A DNA stretch of 64,000 nt, taken from contig CAXXWQ010000003.1 in NCBI GenBank assembly GCA_963674945.2, forward strand, positions 2,368,001 through 2,432,000. Reading direction: 5' to 3'. This stretch comes from an uncultured Desulfosarcina sp. GTDB taxonomy: Bacteria; Desulfobacterota; Desulfobacteria; Desulfobacterales; Desulfosarcinaceae. A program made the position numbers and the translations under genes. Each line of letters begins with the position of its first letter. The first letter of the stretch is position 1. Below, piece by piece: positions 51,495 through 60,361 of this stretch. The notes under the pieces are model-generated. The model was given only the letters and a program-made list of their open reading frames with translations, had not been told where the DNA came from and did no database searches.

Positions 51495-53564
51495 CTATGT
51501 AATGTTACTCATCTCAATTTGGATACCTGTGAGAAGTCCATCCAACATACACTGCTGCAATATGAAATAGCAGTCACGAACTTCGCTTGGTTTCTTGCTT
51601 TCAAGGTCCTGCTTGAGATATGCCAACAGATCAGCAGACGCCCCAGAGGTGAGGACGAGGTGCACGCTTTCGTGCCGGTATATCTTAACCCTATGCAACG
51701 CGTGCCATAATCCCGGATATGCAGATTTGATCTCTGTCCAGTAGTATTGCCTATTGCCTATTGATGCTCCATAGTTCTCGATTGATTCAACAAAGCACTG
51801 GTTGCAAATATTGGTGAATAATTTGAACTCGCGTTCTGTGTTGACGACATCGGTATTGTAAAATTCGTCAGCCCTTGGAAAGGAGTTCGGGCCGAATACG
51901 CTTGGCATATTAGCCTGTTTTATAGCACACTCAAGAAGTCGAAAATCTGATGTTACTGTTTTTATACGCTTGTTCACCCAGGTGTGTCGATCCGATGGAG
52001 GAACCACTCTGAAGAGCGTCTGTCTCCCTTCTTTTCTCGCTAGCTCCATGCCCACATATCGGCCGACAACAGGAATCGTAATAGCAGGCCTATGGTATCT
52101 ATCCTTTCCAAGCAGGCCATAAGAGCGGAGATGCTTTGTGTACTCAGGATACGCGGCTAACTCCACGAAATCGTGTATTTGCCCCGATGCAAGCAGCTCA
52201 AGCATTTCATATTCGTCAGGATAGAATTGTTTTAGTTCGGAGACAACATGGCGACAGTAGAACATGAGCTCAGAGTCACGTTCAACTTCGTATGCTTCCA
52301 AGGAATCTCGTGTGAATTGAATTGGGCGCTCGCCTCCACGTTGTGTCACAAGTTGCCCCTCAGTGCTACACGCCATTCGCGTTAACAAAGGGTGGCCACC
52401 ATAGCGGCTATAGATGTATTTAACAGCGGTATGATCGAACTTCAAACCCATTCGCTTGCCGAGAGTGCGGATCATGTTCCGTGTTTCATCCTGTGTTAAC
52501 CCTGTCAGGAACTGGTAAGACACGATACCGAATAAAGGATTCTGAATGCCATCTACTGAGTCCATTTCAACAGCAGACGGATTAACGCCTGCGATCATGG
52601 CACAAAGCGACCGGTGCCTACTTTGACAAGCCCAGAATGTTTGCCAAAACGCAACAAAATCTTTACGCCAGTGCGGATCGTCCTGTGCGATTGGGGAAAT
52701 GTACTCGATTTCATCGAAAATCAGAAGGACCGGTTTGGGAAGTAATGCAGCCAATTGGTAAAGCACATCGGATGCGTGACGCTCATCGCAATTTCCTATA
52801 TTTGGTAGGCCAAAGCTTTGAGACAATTGCTCGCAAATGTTCTGAATAAGCTCATACCACCTGAGCTTCCGAATGGATGGTAGCTTACAGTCGAAATATA
52901 AGACCTCCGCAAGTCCGGCCTTATTGAGCATTCTTTCGAGTTTGAAAAGTAATGATGTCTTGCCGGTTTTACGCAGCCCAAAGATTCCTCTGTTCTCAGC
53001 ACGTTTTATCGAATCGAAAAGATTGACGGCAAGTTCTGATCGACCGAAAAAGTAGGTATCATACTCAAGCGGAAGGCGATAGTCGAAAAGGTCGCGACCG
53101 TAAAGCAATCTGCTTGTTTTATTACGAATGTACCATGCGTCGGCAGCGTGTGATCTGACCTCGCCTGCCGATAGTGGTATAATCAAACGGGACTCTTGGT
53201 TCATAGAGATATAGGATTGGATCCATTGTTCTGTATCCGTCGCTTCTGATACGAAATAATATGTAAGCTTTTCAACACGCCCACGTGCGGGATCATCGCC
53301 CATAAATGACTCCGCCGCTTGAATTGAGCGAGGCTCAATGCGTGGGTACTTAGAATACACAAGCATCACTTCTTGATCGAACCCATAGGCTTCAGACATG
53401 AAGGGCTCTGGGCTTAAAATATATACCGACAAATCGGTGTTGTAGGCGCGTCGATGCCGTGCCCACGTAACAAAAAAGGCGGGCAAGAAAGCCTTGAGGA
53501 AGTCCTCCTCATCGGGATAACGGTTAAGATGTTGCTCTCTAACTTCTGTTCGTATGGCACCCAT
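51495..53564 (-). CDS. STAND-like P-loop ATPase (candidate defence protein)
   Basis: FFGRSE, GLRKTGKTS, LIFDEIE, GGHP; opposite orientation to the backbone genes. Confidence 0.8.
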   Translation of the reverse strand: MGAIRTEVREQHLNRYPDEEDFLKAFLPAFFVTWARHRRAYNTDLSVYILSPEPFMSEAYGFDQEVMLVYSKYPRIEPRSIQAAESFMGDDPARGRVEKLTYYFVSEATDTEQWIQSYISMNQESRLIIPLSAGEVRSHAADAWYIRNKTSRLLYGRDLFDYRLPLEYDTYFFGRSELAVNLFDSIKRAENRGIFGLRKTGKTSLLFKLERMLNKAGLAEVLYFDCKLPSIRKLRWYELIQNICEQLSQSFGLPNIGNCDERHASDVLYQLAALLPKPVLLIFDEIEYISPIAQDDPHWRKDFVAFWQTFWACQSRHRSLCAMIAGVNPSAVEMDSVDGIQNPLFGIVSYQFLTGLTQDETRNMIRTLGKRMGLKFDHTAVKYIYSRYGGHPLLTRMACSTEGQLVTQRGGERPIQFTRDSLEAYEVERDSELMFYCRHVVSELKQFYPDEYEMLELLASGQIHDFVELAAYPEYTKHLRSYGLLGKDRYHRPAITIPVVGRYVGMELARKEGRQTLFRVVPPSDRHTWVNKRIKTVTSDFRLLECAIKQANMPSVFGPNSFPRADEFYNTDVVNTEREFKLFTNICNQCFVESIENYGASIGNRQYYWTEIKSAYPGLWHALHRVKIYRHESVHLVLTSGASADLLAYLKQDLESKKPSEVRDCYFILQQCMLDGLLTGIQIEMSNIT

Positions 53565-53895
53565 TTTTTAATCTCCACATCCAGCCCAAACAGTTATTCA
53601 AAAGATCTGTATAACATCACCTCTGTAGTGTATTACAGAAACTCACCTCTTATTTCGGAACATTTTGATACTACCCCCAAAAATAAGGAAGTGTCAAAAA
53701 GATTTCAAAAAAAGGCACCAGATAGCTTTTGACTGACGTTCCGGTGCAAAAACTTCACTTGACACAGCCCCATCATTATGGGAAATGAGAAGAACAACGG
53801 CAAACTCCGTTGCCCGGTTTGGCGACCGGAAATAGTACCGAGGCTGATAAGCGCCCCCCATACTGTACAAGGCGTTTTTTTGTTGTATAGTAAGA

Positions 53896-53968
53896 GCGGG
53901 CCATACGCGGAGACCTTCGGGTCTGCCGGTTTCCTCGGTAACCGGTTCGCCAACCGCGTGTGGCCCGC
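53896..53968 (+). ncRNA. C4-type antisense RNA (P1 C4 / P4 CI-like)
   Basis: Closing stem GCGGGCCATACGCGG/CCGCGTGTGGCCCGC and inner AGACC-TTCG-GGTCT; CCTCGGTA and TCGCCAA are complementary to TACCGAGG (53836) and TTGGCGA (53819, 53977). Confidence 0.82.
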
Positions 53969-54025
53969 CTTTTTGTTTGGCGACAATAAGGCGGACTCTT
54001 TAAATTTTAACCGAGGAGATCCGCA

Positions 54026-54295
54026 ATGCAAAACACCAGTCCCAAATCCACGCCCGCACCACCGACCGTCCAATTAACCGAAACAATCCAAACAGCCCAT
54101 GACTGCAGTAGCCACGCGAAAGCTCTCTTAGACCAACTAAATCTCTTACTAAACAAATCCCCCGAGAACAAAGAAGATGGATTCGCGCAAAACGTCCTGG
54201 CATTCGCCGGCGTCAACCAGGCACTGGGCTTCATATGCGACACTGTCGACGACCTTGAGAAGGCCATATCCCTTCTGGAAGGAGGTGCCTCATGA
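54026..54295 (+). CDS. Small helical protein, array ORF1
   Basis: GAGGAG RBS; similar to ORF2 (HAKA...DL.+A+.LL.GGA). Confidence 0.75.
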   Translation: MQNTSPKSTPAPPTVQLTETIQTAHDCSSHAKALLDQLNLLLNKSPENKEDGFAQNVLAFAGVNQALGFICDTVDDLEKAISLLEGGAS

Positions 54296-54567
54296 CAGTA
54301 CAAGCCATGGTATGCACCACCCCCAAACCATCCACCACCGATCGGCTCAAAGAGATCATCGACGAGGCCCAATATTTCGGCGCCCATGCCAAGGCGATGG
54401 TCAGGCAGTTAAGGGCCGCCATGAGAGAGACACCGCTCACCGTAGACGATCTGTACGCTCAAAGTGTCCTCGTTTACCACGGCATTGATTGGATAGAGGA
54501 AAATGTTGACAGTATCGTCAACGATCTGGACCGAGCCCTCAATCTTCTGAAAGGGGGTGCCATATGA
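54292..54567 (+). CDS. Small helical protein, array ORF2
   Basis: ATGA overlap, GGAGGT RBS. Confidence 0.75.
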   Translation: MTVQAMVCTTPKPSTTDRLKEIIDEAQYFGAHAKAMVRQLRAAMRETPLTVDDLYAQSVLVYHGIDWIEENVDSIVNDLDRALNLLKGGAI

Positions 54568-54770
54568 CGATGACAGCTGATCAAGCCATGGTCACCATCA
54601 GCCGCGGCGGCCAAGCCCTGGGCTTCCTTGACGCCCTGGATGCCCTCTCGAAGCTTTCCCCGGCAACAGGCCACCCGGTGGAGACCGAAACCCTGAAACG
54701 GATCTATAACGAGCTGCAGCAACGATACGTCGAGCGATACCGGCCGAAAGGAGGTGCCGCATGCAAATAG
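54564..54770 (+). CDS. Small protein, array ORF3
   Basis: ATGA overlap, GGGGGT RBS. Confidence 0.65.
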   Translation: MTMTADQAMVTISRGGQALGFLDALDALSKLSPATGHPVETETLKRIYNELQQRYVERYRPKGGAACK

Positions 54771-54949
54771 CTGACAGAATCGAAAACTGTGCCCTCAGGC
54801 TGTATGTCGCTATGAGGATGGTCGACGACGATGACGATGAGATGATGGCTGAAGCGGTAACCAATCTATGCCTGATCATAGACGATGTGTTGGAACGGCT
54901 CAACGACATGGCCATGGAGATCAGGAAGGAAAGGAGGGCCACCGAATGA
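54761..54949 (+). CDS. Small acidic helical protein, array ORF4
   Basis: GGAGGT RBS; 10-nt overlap. Confidence 0.7.
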   Translation: MQIADRIENCALRLYVAMRMVDDDDDEMMAEAVTNLCLIIDDVLERLNDMAMEIRKERRATE

Positions 54950-55170
54950 AACAAGACATTCCCGACTTAACCGTCGAATTTTCGGAAGTCATGTCACGAA
55001 TCGCATGCGTTCAAGAGATCCTTTTGCTCTCCAAAGAAAACGATTTAAGGGAAGGTATGCTTGACGCTGCTGCTGTGGTTCTCGGCGACGCGATGAGCGG
55101 CTTGGAGGCCATCGAAGCGGGGTTGTATAAGCCCACCGAAACAGTCGGTTTGAAAGGGGGTGACGAATGA
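54946..55170 (+). CDS. Small acidic helical protein, array ORF5
   Basis: AGGAGG RBS; ATGA overlap; starts MKQDIPDL. Confidence 0.7.
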   Translation: MKQDIPDLTVEFSEVMSRIACVQEILLLSKENDLREGMLDAAAVVLGDAMSGLEAIEAGLYKPTETVGLKGGDE

Positions 55171-55346
55171 TCAGAAACCTCCACGAAAGCATAAACGCGC
55201 TGAAGGCTATATGCTCCCTCTTGCTAAGTGTCGGTGCTGAAGACGGCGCCGAAATAGACCACGACGAAATGACCGGTGCAGGCCTCATCTTGGAAAATAT
55301 CATCGACGATCTTAAGGCATATGCAGAAAGGAGCACGGCACAATGA
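55167..55346 (+). CDS. Small acidic helical protein, array ORF6 (59 aa, not in ORF track)
   Basis: MIRNLHESINALKAICSLLLSVGAEDGAEIDHDEMTGAGLILENIIDDLKAYAERSTAQ; ATGA overlaps at both ends. Confidence 0.75.
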   Translation: MIRNLHESINALKAICSLLLSVGAEDGAEIDHDEMTGAGLILENIIDDLKAYAERSTAQ

Positions 55347-55552
55347 GACCAAGGGACCTTTATGAGAATATCAAAGCATTGAGAGCTGTAAGCCTCCTGT
55401 TGTTATGTGCCGGCAGTGACGAAAGTTTGCAGCTGCAACACGAAGAGCTCACGGGGATCAGCTATCTGGTTGATGACATCATTGATAACATCGTTGCCGA
55501 TATCGAAGAATCTGGTGCACCGGGATTTGGTGCGCCGGGAGATGATCAATAG
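55343..55552 (+). CDS. Small acidic helical protein, array ORF7 (paralog of ORF6)
   Basis: AAGGAG RBS; L.E.I.AL+A+..LLL..G..HEELTG...IID. Confidence 0.75.
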   Translation: MRPRDLYENIKALRAVSLLLLCAGSDESLQLQHEELTGISYLVDDIIDNIVADIEESGAPGFGAPGDDQ

Positions 55553-55631
55553 ATCCAGCACCACCATGGCCCCTGGCGGCGGATCCCAGGGGCCATGCCA
55601 CCAAGACCAAGCCAAGCCGTAGGGGGCGAGG

Positions 55632-56165
55632 ATGGCAAGAAAACACGACAACGGGTATGGCAAGGGAACATTCATCGATACCAAAATGTTCCTGTCTGAG
55701 GCATTCTTAAGCCTTGGACAGCCTGGAACTTCGCCGGCCATATCAAGCGTTTCCACGCAGGTCTTGATCATGATCCTTGGCAAGCGTCAATTCAGTAATG
55801 CCAAAGACCGGAAAGGCCTGAAAACCAAGCAGCGGACCGACGACAATAGATTTGCCCTTACTTACAAAGAACTTTTATCCTATGGTGCCAGGTTGGATAG
55901 AAATGGCAATAGGGTTAAGGGATGCATGACGATACCCAAAATCACAAGGGCGATTGATGAATTGTTGGCAAAAGGCTTCATTGAAGTCGTCGAGTATGGT
56001 GGCGCGTATGAAAAGCACAAATCGATTTATGCGCTCGTTGACGATTGGGCAACATGGAAGGTGGGTGATCCACCAATAAGAATAAGATCAAATGATGTCA
56101 AACGTGGGTATCAGGGCAAGCCCTTGGGGGCTGTTAAAAAACAATTTTCGCGCACACGAACGTAG
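55632..56165 (+). CDS. wHTH replication-initiator-like protein
   Basis: ALTYKEL...ITRAIDELLAKGFIEVVEYGG..SIYAL; iterons at its 3' end. Confidence 0.65.
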   Translation: MARKHDNGYGKGTFIDTKMFLSEAFLSLGQPGTSPAISSVSTQVLIMILGKRQFSNAKDRKGLKTKQRTDDNRFALTYKELLSYGARLDRNGNRVKGCMTIPKITRAIDELLAKGFIEVVEYGGAYEKHKSIYALVDDWATWKVGDPPIRIRSNDVKRGYQGKPLGAVKKQFSRTRT

Positions 56166-56317
56166 GCACCCACACGCACACCAACGTAGGCACCCCATCA
56201 AGGGGACACGCACATGAACGTAGGTACCCCAAAATAAGGGAAAATCGGTCTCATCCCCATGGTGGTGGGCGTTTGCGGTAATTTTTGCCTTTTCAGGGGT
56301 GCCTACGTCTGTGTGCG
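56151..56317. repeat. 21-bp iterons (three direct, one inverted)
   Basis: CGCACAC(G/C)AACGTAGGCACCC-like at 56151, 56175, 56209; inverted at 56297-56317. Confidence 0.88.
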
Positions 56318-56454
56318 CGTTAACATGTATTACCATGGAGGGGGAAAACATGAAAAAAGGGGTCCGAAGCGCGGTCGCCTGGATCTCGGCAGAAACGACC
56401 GGTCAATATTGTCAACGAGACTTCAAAAAAGGCTAAGCCAATCACGAAAGGATA

Positions 56455-56937
56455 ATGATGCAGAAATTTGAGAGAACAGCCTACCATGAAGCTGGCCACG
56501 CAGTTATTGCTTATCGATTCAACGTCTATATAAAAGAGGTTGATGTGATTCCCAACAGCGAAAGAAATGGCGTTGCTAAATGTTTTTTTTCTGATCGCAA
56601 TCCAGAGGATAATATCGTCATACTGTTCGCCGGCCATGAGGCCCAGATCGTCTTTGACCCAGATGATAAAAGCGATCCATCCATAGTGGACTATCGCGAG
56701 ATATGGGATATTTGCGATCGTGTTGGTATAGGCAACGGGGCACCTTACCGAGAATTGAAAAACAGGGCCAAACAAATGGTACTGGATAACTGGATAGAAA
56801 TACAAACGGTCGCAAAGGCGCTTCTTCGGTTCGAACGCATAACTGGCACTTTGGTTAAGGAAATTGTGGAGGATCTTGACCGAGGGAAGGATTATACAGC
56901 TGGATGGGAATGGCAGTGGCATCAGGGGACATTGTGA
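56455..56937 (+). CDS. Stand-alone HExxH metallopeptidase domain (M41/FtsH-like)
   Basis: TAYHEAGHAVIA, LFAGHEA, VAKALL..ITG. Confidence 0.75.
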   Translation: MMQKFERTAYHEAGHAVIAYRFNVYIKEVDVIPNSERNGVAKCFFSDRNPEDNIVILFAGHEAQIVFDPDDKSDPSIVDYREIWDICDRVGIGNGAPYRELKNRAKQMVLDNWIEIQTVAKALLRFERITGTLVKEIVEDLDRGKDYTAGWEWQWHQGTL

Positions 56938-57000
56938 ATGGTGAAAATGGACTGACCATTGGTAGACTCCCTCTTCCTGATGGTTAGTCGGGCCACGGAC

Positions 57001-57796
57001 CAGGCCCGCCAGGTGACAGCGACCATCGATGGACAATGGAGATACTGACTAAGTTTTTCTTAGGCAGTTGGAATACCGTCGCCATTACCGACTGTATTCC
57101 CGGCCGGCAATCCAGCCCCGGCCCATCCACAATCCACCAGGACGTCAAAAAAGTGTGAGGGCCTGGCAATACCGACCGATGTTTGGCAGGCAGGATGAAA
57201 GGGCGTCCATAGTAATGACGCGCCTGATGGCATCGGGTCAGCTCCACCAAGTGACAATGAAAGATGCCTCATTAGTAATGAGGCATTACGGGCGAATGAC
57301 GAAATAAACATCATCAACGAGCCTGGCCTCTACTCCCTGATCATCCGGTCCCGCAAACCCGAGGCCAAGGCCTTCAATCGCCGTTAAAAGGAATTATAAC
57401 CGCCCGAAAATACTTAAACCGAACGAAACGATCGGTTTAGAGTTTGGTCCCCGTGGCAAGTTGCCACCACCCTGCATTTAACGCAGGGTGTACACCCGGC
57501 CCAATCCAAATACGGCGAATCACCGTGTTTGACCTACTTATCCGTGTTGTCAAAGTAATACATCAGAGTTGCTGAGGTTTTAATCGGCCACCCCATCAAG
57601 TTGTCGGACATCTTCGTAACCTGGTGGCCTCACTAAAAATGTCGATGGTGGGAATGAAGAGGCAACCAGATAAGGACTTTCGCCAGTTCCGATGGCCATC
57701 AATATCCCCGGCCCGATAAATTCTCGGGTCAGGCACACCAGGTGACAGCGAATGTCGATGGGCCGTGGAAGCACTAACTACGTTTTTCTTTGGCAG
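57001..57796 (+). repeat. 67-bp imperfect direct repeat (57001-57067 and 57730-57796)
   Basis: 53/67 identical by manual alignment. Confidence 0.8.
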
Positions 57797-58089
57797 CCAG
57801 GAAACAAACCGTCATTACTAATGACACTTTGACAAGCACCCGAAATTATTAAAAGGCGTTGAATCAGCGGGTTTGACAAAAAGCCCTCGTGGCTGGCACA
57901 ATCATTATCACCGAATCCGATCCAACTTGCCGACAGGCAGCCCCCATCACCGGCATGAAGTGGCCAATGAAAAACATCAGAATTTCCATCAACTTGACGG
58001 GTATCTAAAAGTAGCGAATCGCTACTTTTGGGATCCCCCGGCAAGCGCCGATCCCCGGCCCCGTCCAAAAGTGGTGAATCGCCACTTTT
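57070..58089. repeat. Dense cluster of diverse short palindromes
   Basis: More than 12 distinct 12-31-bp inverted repeats in ~1 kb with no credible intact ORF. Confidence 0.8.
57253..57387 (+). pseudogene. Bro-N antirepressor fragment
   Basis: DNERCLISNEALRANDEINIINEPGLYSLIIRSRKPEAKAFNRR*; no start codon. Confidence 0.8.
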
Positions 58090-58526
58090 AGAAATCCATC
58101 CCAGCCGGCCGAAAATCTGAAATCGGTGAGACATTTCACATTGAGCCGAAAAATCGATAAAAATGATAGGTTTTTCCTATCATTGAGACACTAAAAATCG
58201 ACATGATAAATTTATTATTATTAGAGATAATTCAAATGGATAAATCGATTTATGGAGTGTAATTTGACATAAATATAGGTATCGGACGTTGTTGTATATA
58301 TTTGATTTGATTGGAAATAAAATTGCTAAAGTTGGTGGGCGTTATCAATTTTATCTTGACACACAGGCGATTTGCCGGTTTTTATGTGAGACACATGGGG
58401 CATTTTACCGTATGCAAGGTTTCCGGAACAGCACTGACCACCAATTTTACGGGTAGTGGGCAGCATCGCCGGCTGTCTCCAGGACAAACGTCAATGGATA
58501 CAAAACGGGCGCGCGATCCCCAAAAA

Positions 58527-58574
58527 GGAACGGCGGCGGTTAGAGAAGAAAACGAATCGCCTCAACCACCGTCC
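58527..58574. repeat. GGCGGTT...AACC.CCG hairpin site, copy 2
   Basis: Related to 32303 and 59732. Confidence 0.55.
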
Positions 58575-58648
58575 GGTATTTCCCCCGATTAAATAGCCGT
58601 TGTTAAGGATAAAAGTGTCACCTTAAAACCGTTTCGAGGGTCAGTTCG

Positions 58649-59350
58649 CTATTCGACGACTCTCGTCAGGATGGATACCCTTTGTTTACCAACGGCACCA
58701 CAACCGCCGCCGCCATAGAGCACGATTTCATCTTTCTTCATAGAGATCAACAGGGGGATTACCGAATTAATGACACCGCCGTTTAAGTGTGTAAAAGTCG
58801 CCAGCGAATCGGTATGAAATTCATAGGTCTGGCTGTCCTCCACGTGTGTGCACAGTCCGCTCGATCCCTCACCAATTGCGGCGAAAGATCCTTCAATCAG
58901 ATCGAAGGTGCCATCGTCATAAATTTCAACCAGTCCTGTCCCTGCGTGGGACACCTCATGATAGTTGAGATTGACGATACTCCATTTCCCTACGATGACA
59001 TCTGAAAATATCAGAGAAATTTCCTCAAGGGCGTCCTGGACATTATCCGACTCGATTTTAGAATTCGGTGCGTTTTCGAAAATAACGTCTTTCGCCATGA
59101 TTTGAGTCTCAGTGTCGACGTTATCGGCCTGGGCGAATGCTTTCTGCACCAGGTTGAAATCAAAGGGATTGGAGTCACTTGACGATTTGATCGTCGAAGC
59201 ACCATTTGTTTCGAACACAATGTTTTTCGCCAGGTATTTGGTGGGATTGTTGGATACGTTTTTTGCTGGCGTGCCATCTCCACCACCACATGAAATCAGA
59301 CCGACCATAAGCAGAAGATTCAGTGAGCAAACGATTATTCTCATAGTCAT
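58649..59350 (-). CDS. Lipoprotein of unknown function
   Basis: GAGGAG RBS before ATG 59350; lipobox LISC; internal AKNIVFE/AKDVIFE repeat. Confidence 0.75.
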   Translation of the reverse strand: MTMRIIVCSLNLLLMVGLISCGGGDGTPAKNVSNNPTKYLAKNIVFETNGASTIKSSSDSNPFDFNLVQKAFAQADNVDTETQIMAKDVIFENAPNSKIESDNVQDALEEISLIFSDVIVGKWSIVNLNYHEVSHAGTGLVEIYDDGTFDLIEGSFAAIGEGSSGLCTHVEDSQTYEFHTDSLATFTHLNGGVINSVIPLLISMKKDEIVLYGGGGCGAVGKQRVSILTRVVE

Positions 59351-59731
59351 TTCTGTATTCTCCTCATTTCTTTGTGTGAAAGTCGCGTTATTTCTTAAAC
59401 CGTCCTTTGGGGCCAAAAGTAGCTTTTTTGAGGCCTGTTTTAATTCTTTTGCTTTCACATCAGGGAATTGGTTTGGTCTGACCCTTGCTCAGACAGAGTT
59501 CTGCACTACAAGGCCGTCATGCTTTGCGCACCAATACATATTGAGCCGTTATCGTACAGAATTTTGTCTATTTGACGGCCTCCGGCAGGGCCGCAAAAAT
59601 GCCGTCCGATAACGCGGCAATATGTCTCCCGCACAAAGCTCGCCCGCCCCTTGGCGCTTTCTGCGGTTTTTGCGGGGACTGGACTTTTGCTTTTTCTATG
59701 GCCCTGAAGGATCGGATCGATTTTGAGAAAA

Positions 59732-59774
59732 AAACGGCGGTTAAAGAGAAAATAGATTCTCTTAACCGCCGTTT
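59732..59774. repeat. GGCGGTT...AACCGCC hairpin site, copy 3
   Basis: AAACGGCGGTTAA...TTAACCGCCGTTT perfect 13-bp arms. Confidence 0.65.
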
Positions 59775-59835
59775 GGCAAAATCAGATTGAATAGGATTTA
59801 TTGAGATATTCAGAGGTGGTCGGATTTTCCCCCAT

Positions 59836-60348
59836 CTACTGATCACTTTTTCTTCGGATAAAAAAATCTACTTCACCATATTTTTTTTCAAAAGTTGGAT
59901 CTGGATTATCAATTGAAACGATAGCGCTAACAGGCCTTCCAAAAGGGATATTATCTGGTACTTTATAATAACCCAAAATTACGCCGGATTCTTGTTTGTC
60001 CGGCCCCCCAAAACGGCTTGTCCACCTTGCAAATTTTTCTTCAAACACCGATTGATCATTTTCCATGACAGTCAGGCTTAAAACAGCACTACTTTCGATG
60101 GGAGTACCGAAAGGGGGTGGTCTTTTGATGTATACACCAATAAGGTAAGTGCCAACATAATTGTGGGTCAGTTGTAGGTTTTGAGAGCTACTCTTTCCAT
60201 CTATTGTGATTTGTTGTTTTACAATCGGGCTATACAGATCTGATGGCGGCATTACTGCTAATAGAAATTTGCTATGGGGTCTAAGCCAGTAAAATACAAT
60301 TACTGCCACAATCATTATTATAACTATAAAGGAGATTCTTTTTGTCAT
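59836..60348 (-). CDS. Probable membrane-anchored immunity protein
   Basis: 13 bp downstream of the RHS stop; N-terminal TM helix; AT-rich. Confidence 0.7.
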   Translation of the reverse strand: MTKRISFIVIIMIVAVIVFYWLRPHSKFLLAVMPPSDLYSPIVKQQITIDGKSSSQNLQLTHNYVGTYLIGVYIKRPPPFGTPIESSAVLSLTVMENDQSVFEEKFARWTSRFGGPDKQESGVILGYYKVPDNIPFGRPVSAIVSIDNPDPTFEKKYGEVDFFIRRKSDQ

Positions 60349-60361
60349 ATCAATTTCCTTA

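Noticed and set aside
53778..54077. Ash/Icd-like ORF over the C4 RNA
   Set aside because: No clear RBS; its sequence is explained by the RNA and its target sites, so it is not called as a CDS.
56320..57036. 238-aa minus-strand ORF and similar antisense ORFs in the track
   Set aside because: Shadows of better-supported genes on the opposite strand, with no motifs.
59470..59560. c-di-GMP-I riboswitch upstream of the lipoprotein (GCGCAAAGC...GGCCT on minus)
   Set aside because: Lacks the GCAAAC/GNRA P2 stem; the resemblance is too partial.
59732..59774. Integron attC site
   Set aside because: GTT precedes AAC (the reverse of attC box order), and neither integrase looks like IntI.
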